DNA from: Marsupella aquatica | Lineage: Eukaryota > Plantae > Marchantiophyta | Length of the DNA stretch: 64,000 nt | Direction: 5' to 3' | Assembly (NCBI GenBank): GCA_973895155.1 | Contig: OZ316899.1 | Coordinates: 14,759,934-14,823,933, forward strand | Shown: piece after piece, positions 61,301 to 64,000 of the stretch | How the letters are laid out: each line of letters opens with the position of its first letter | Numbering within the stretch: the stretch's first letter is position 1 | Position numbers and translations under genes: made by a program | Notes under the pieces: generated by a model | Told to the model about the DNA's origin: nothing | Databases searched by the model: none | What the model saw: only the letters and a program-made list of their open reading frames with translations

Positions 61301-63056
61301 AACCTAAGGGAGAAGGACGAGATGCTCGATCAGACTTACGCCAAGATGAACCAGATGGAGTCTGTCATCATTGCAGAGCTCGACAAGTAGCTAAGAGCAA
61401 CCCGGGAGGAGAGGGCTACCACCAAGAAGGAATTGGAGGAAGCCCACAGGGAATTGGAGGAAGCCAAAAACGAGCTAGAAGAGGCGCACAAGGACCTGGA
61501 TGAGACCCAGGAGGAGTTGGAGGAAATCACGAGGAAGATGGAGAACCTCCAGCGGCGGGCCGACAACCAAATAGAGCGGTTGAAGAAACAAGCCGCAGTA
61601 TTTAAGTGCTTGTCTTCATCAGGCCCAACTCCAATTGGGGCAACCAAGTTACCAGGAGAGGTACTGGCCGAAGGACAAGTCGCGCCACCTGCACCGGTGC
61701 CGGAAGTAAGTGGGAATGGGAAGGGACCAGCTGCCGAACCAGAAAAGAAGAAGAAGCGGAAACCTTCAGGGTCAAGGAGTAATACAACTCCACTGGCCGT
61801 GGTGACCAAGGAGGTAGACCCAGCACCAACCTCCGGCATGAACACGGCAATAGATCCCGCTATCACCAAAGGTGGGGATGGCGCGGCCCAAGCCGAACTA
61901 CTCAATAATGAGGCCGGTATCTCAGATCCACCTCTTGAGCAGGCCGGGGAGACCATAGTCGGGGTTGAGGCCGTAGCCGAGAATGATTCCCGAGCCGATG
62001 CCGATGGTGGACCCAGTCAGGCCGATGGAGAGTTGACTCAGTCAAGGGCAGGTAATCTGTCAGAGAACGAACCTACTGCAGTGGCTGAGGAGGAAGCGTT
62101 GGGGGCGTCCATTGAGGATCCACCACCGGTGTCGTGACGGTGCAAGGGCGCCGTTCCTTTTAGGAAGGGCGGATGTGGAGGTAGGAGGCGTGAGTGGGCA
62201 GGGCGGGCGCTGATCTCCAAGTTTAGGATTAGGATCAGGACCAGGAGCGGCCCTGACACTTAGCTTAGTGGGATTGTGGTTCCACTGGTAGGAGCAACAC
62301 TTGTGCTCCTGCCTTGCTGTACATAGGTAGATCCGGGCAGGTAGATTACTGTTAGGTAGATTAGGCTTATGCTGCAAAGAATTAGGTGGATCCACTACCA
62401 GGATAAGTACCTGGGCAGCGGGGAGCTTAGGGCCTCTTCTTTAGCAAGTTTTTAGTTTGCACCAGCCGGGCTGGGATCAAGTAGTAAGAGAAGCTCTCGG
62501 TTAGTCATACAATGACCCTTGTGTATATTCATGTTTCCTCATGCCTAAGCGCTGAATAGAGTTGGCCTCACGGCTTAGTTCGCAGAGCTTGTGTATGAGA
62601 TGTACTGTTTGTATGCCAAGTGCATGGTATGACTCAGTCAGAAGGAGTCATTTTGCTATTTGTGTGTCGCATTAACTTGTGTGAAGAGTGCCCACATCAA
62701 CTAATAGAGGAAGGAAAGTAAGCAGGGGAGTGAGAGTTGGATGTGTCGAGCTGAGAGAGGTCTTAGCGGCTTAACCAAGCCTATTGGGGATCATTTCGGC
62801 GGCGGAATCCAAACATACCTAACAAGACGGAGGGGAAGACAAGGGAAGGCCTAGATTAGGCCGGCTACGTATCTCATGACCCGATGAAGGATCTGTCCAG
62901 TATATGTGTGTAAAATGTTAATAGTAGTAGTAGAAGGAGGTTAGCAGCGTCCCATGCCGCTAAGCCGCAGAAACGGCCTCGCCAAGCGCAAAACCTGCGG
63001 GAATCGGCTTGAGCTGGGGGGTTCCTTGGGTTTGGGGAGCCATGGGACGCACCAGA
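58373..63056 (+). mobile_element. Probable 4.7-kb solo LTR carrying a long degraded accessory ORF
   Basis: Starts TGTGATGCCT-AGAC-AGGAATCAC (terminal hairpin); flanked by CTAAC at 58368-58372 and 63057-63061; right end reads GA rather than CA; no gag/pol. Confidence 0.65.
58488..62137 (+). pseudogene. LTR-borne accessory ORF, roughly 1200 codons if repaired (Athila ORF1/Transposase_32-like domain + long coiled coil)
   Basis: Consecutive ORFs split by single stops (59033, 59618, 61390) and one frameshift near 59900; GLEAFVRLP..LLEFVGSW..IYGKDFYLTPKVIAEVFGLP motif. Confidence 0.7.
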
Positions 63057-63061
63057 CTAAC

Positions 63062-64000
63062 TACAATCTCGACTCTAACATTGCCCGATGCCCTTCATGT
63101 ATGTTTGTACAGAAGATCGACAGCTAAAGAAACTACCACACGACCGTCTCTCCATTCACGTAACCTTGATCGAACTGGCATAGGTTTCATACATCTCCTC
63201 TATACTAGTCATGCGTTTGAATGGTTACCACTACGTCAGATCTTCCAACAATGTCTTATAACAGTAGAGGCATCCGAATATATTCCGGCCTTAGAATATA
63301 TATGCTTTAGCTGGCGTTATACTCCCCCTATCTCTAAGCTATGCTATCATTCAGCCCACGTCTTTTGCAACTTCACATGTGAAAATCTTGCCTTTGATCT
63401 TACAGCTTGCTGCTGCCATGCCAATCGCATGTGGGCATTCTGTGATCCTCTAACTCAAACTGAGCACCAACTGCCGTCTGCCAATATCGACTTGCATGTG
63501 CGCACCACGGACCTTACAATCATCCACGATAAGCTACTTCGTTATGCTCTCTCATCAGGACTCAACCACATCATACCGCAACCTACAACCTATGATGATG
63601 CATTCCAAGAAATTTTGAAGGCTTGGCATTGCATTGGCAACCTTCTACAACTGTCTGAAAATGTGATTGAGTCAGGGATGGAAATTCTTCATGACATCTG
63701 TCATGACTTCTGGATTACTGGTATGCAACGTAACGTGGGACGGCATCGACGACATCTGCAGGGCCAACTTTCGCCCACGGCCATCTTCGAGTTGAACTAC
63801 CTTCTCAACCATTTATATTTTGCAGGCCTTGACAAAGCCGCTAACAACGCCTGCATTATGTGCATTCATCATATTCGTGTACAGGCTTGGCATCGACTAC
63901 AGGGGGAAGACTTCACCCCGGACCCACGACCACTCGAAGATGTGGTCAATACTTGCCAGACACAAATTGAGAAGCTTCTTCCAGAAGTCATCTTTCGGTA
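63062..64000 (+). mobile_element. Penelope-like element (Naiad/Chlamys-type) ORF, region upstream of the RT core, runs off the window
   Basis: Manually translated open frame of ~310 codons: YTPPISKL..CCC..HVRTTDLTIIHDKLLRYALSSGLN..LDKAANNACIMC, resembling the HVxTxDLxII..LR..G.N and DKAANN motifs of this PLE group. Confidence 0.65.

Overview
Transposon-dense eukaryotic window from a land plant (spliced filament-like plant protein gene at the left end; a non-seed plant is plausible but not provable). Left to right: (1) 5' part of an FPP gene on the minus strand (1-3336). (2) A nest of three related Ty3/gypsy-type retroelements (6882-22746). The most complete copy (11099-21060) encodes gag-protease-DNMT3-like C5 cytosine methyltransferase-RT-RNaseH-DDE integrase-PHD finger. 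It has no normal LTR pair. Instead it reads A-internal-B-A-B, with a palindromic GACA-GC-TGTC B/A junction, a 4-bp TSD, and a Tf1-like self-priming site instead of a tRNA PBS. A second, diverged copy has the same B-A-B end, which fits integration of an LTR circle opened at an internal att site. (3) A group of Athila/Tat-like elements with very long (3.8-4.7 kb) LTRs that each contain a whole extra ORF: one intact, very young full-length copy (36235-51164) inside a degraded L1-type LINE, two solo LTRs and one truncated LTR. (4) The N-terminal part of a Penelope-like (Naiad/Chlamys-type) ORF at the right end. All calls come from reading the sequence and motifs by eye; no searches were run.
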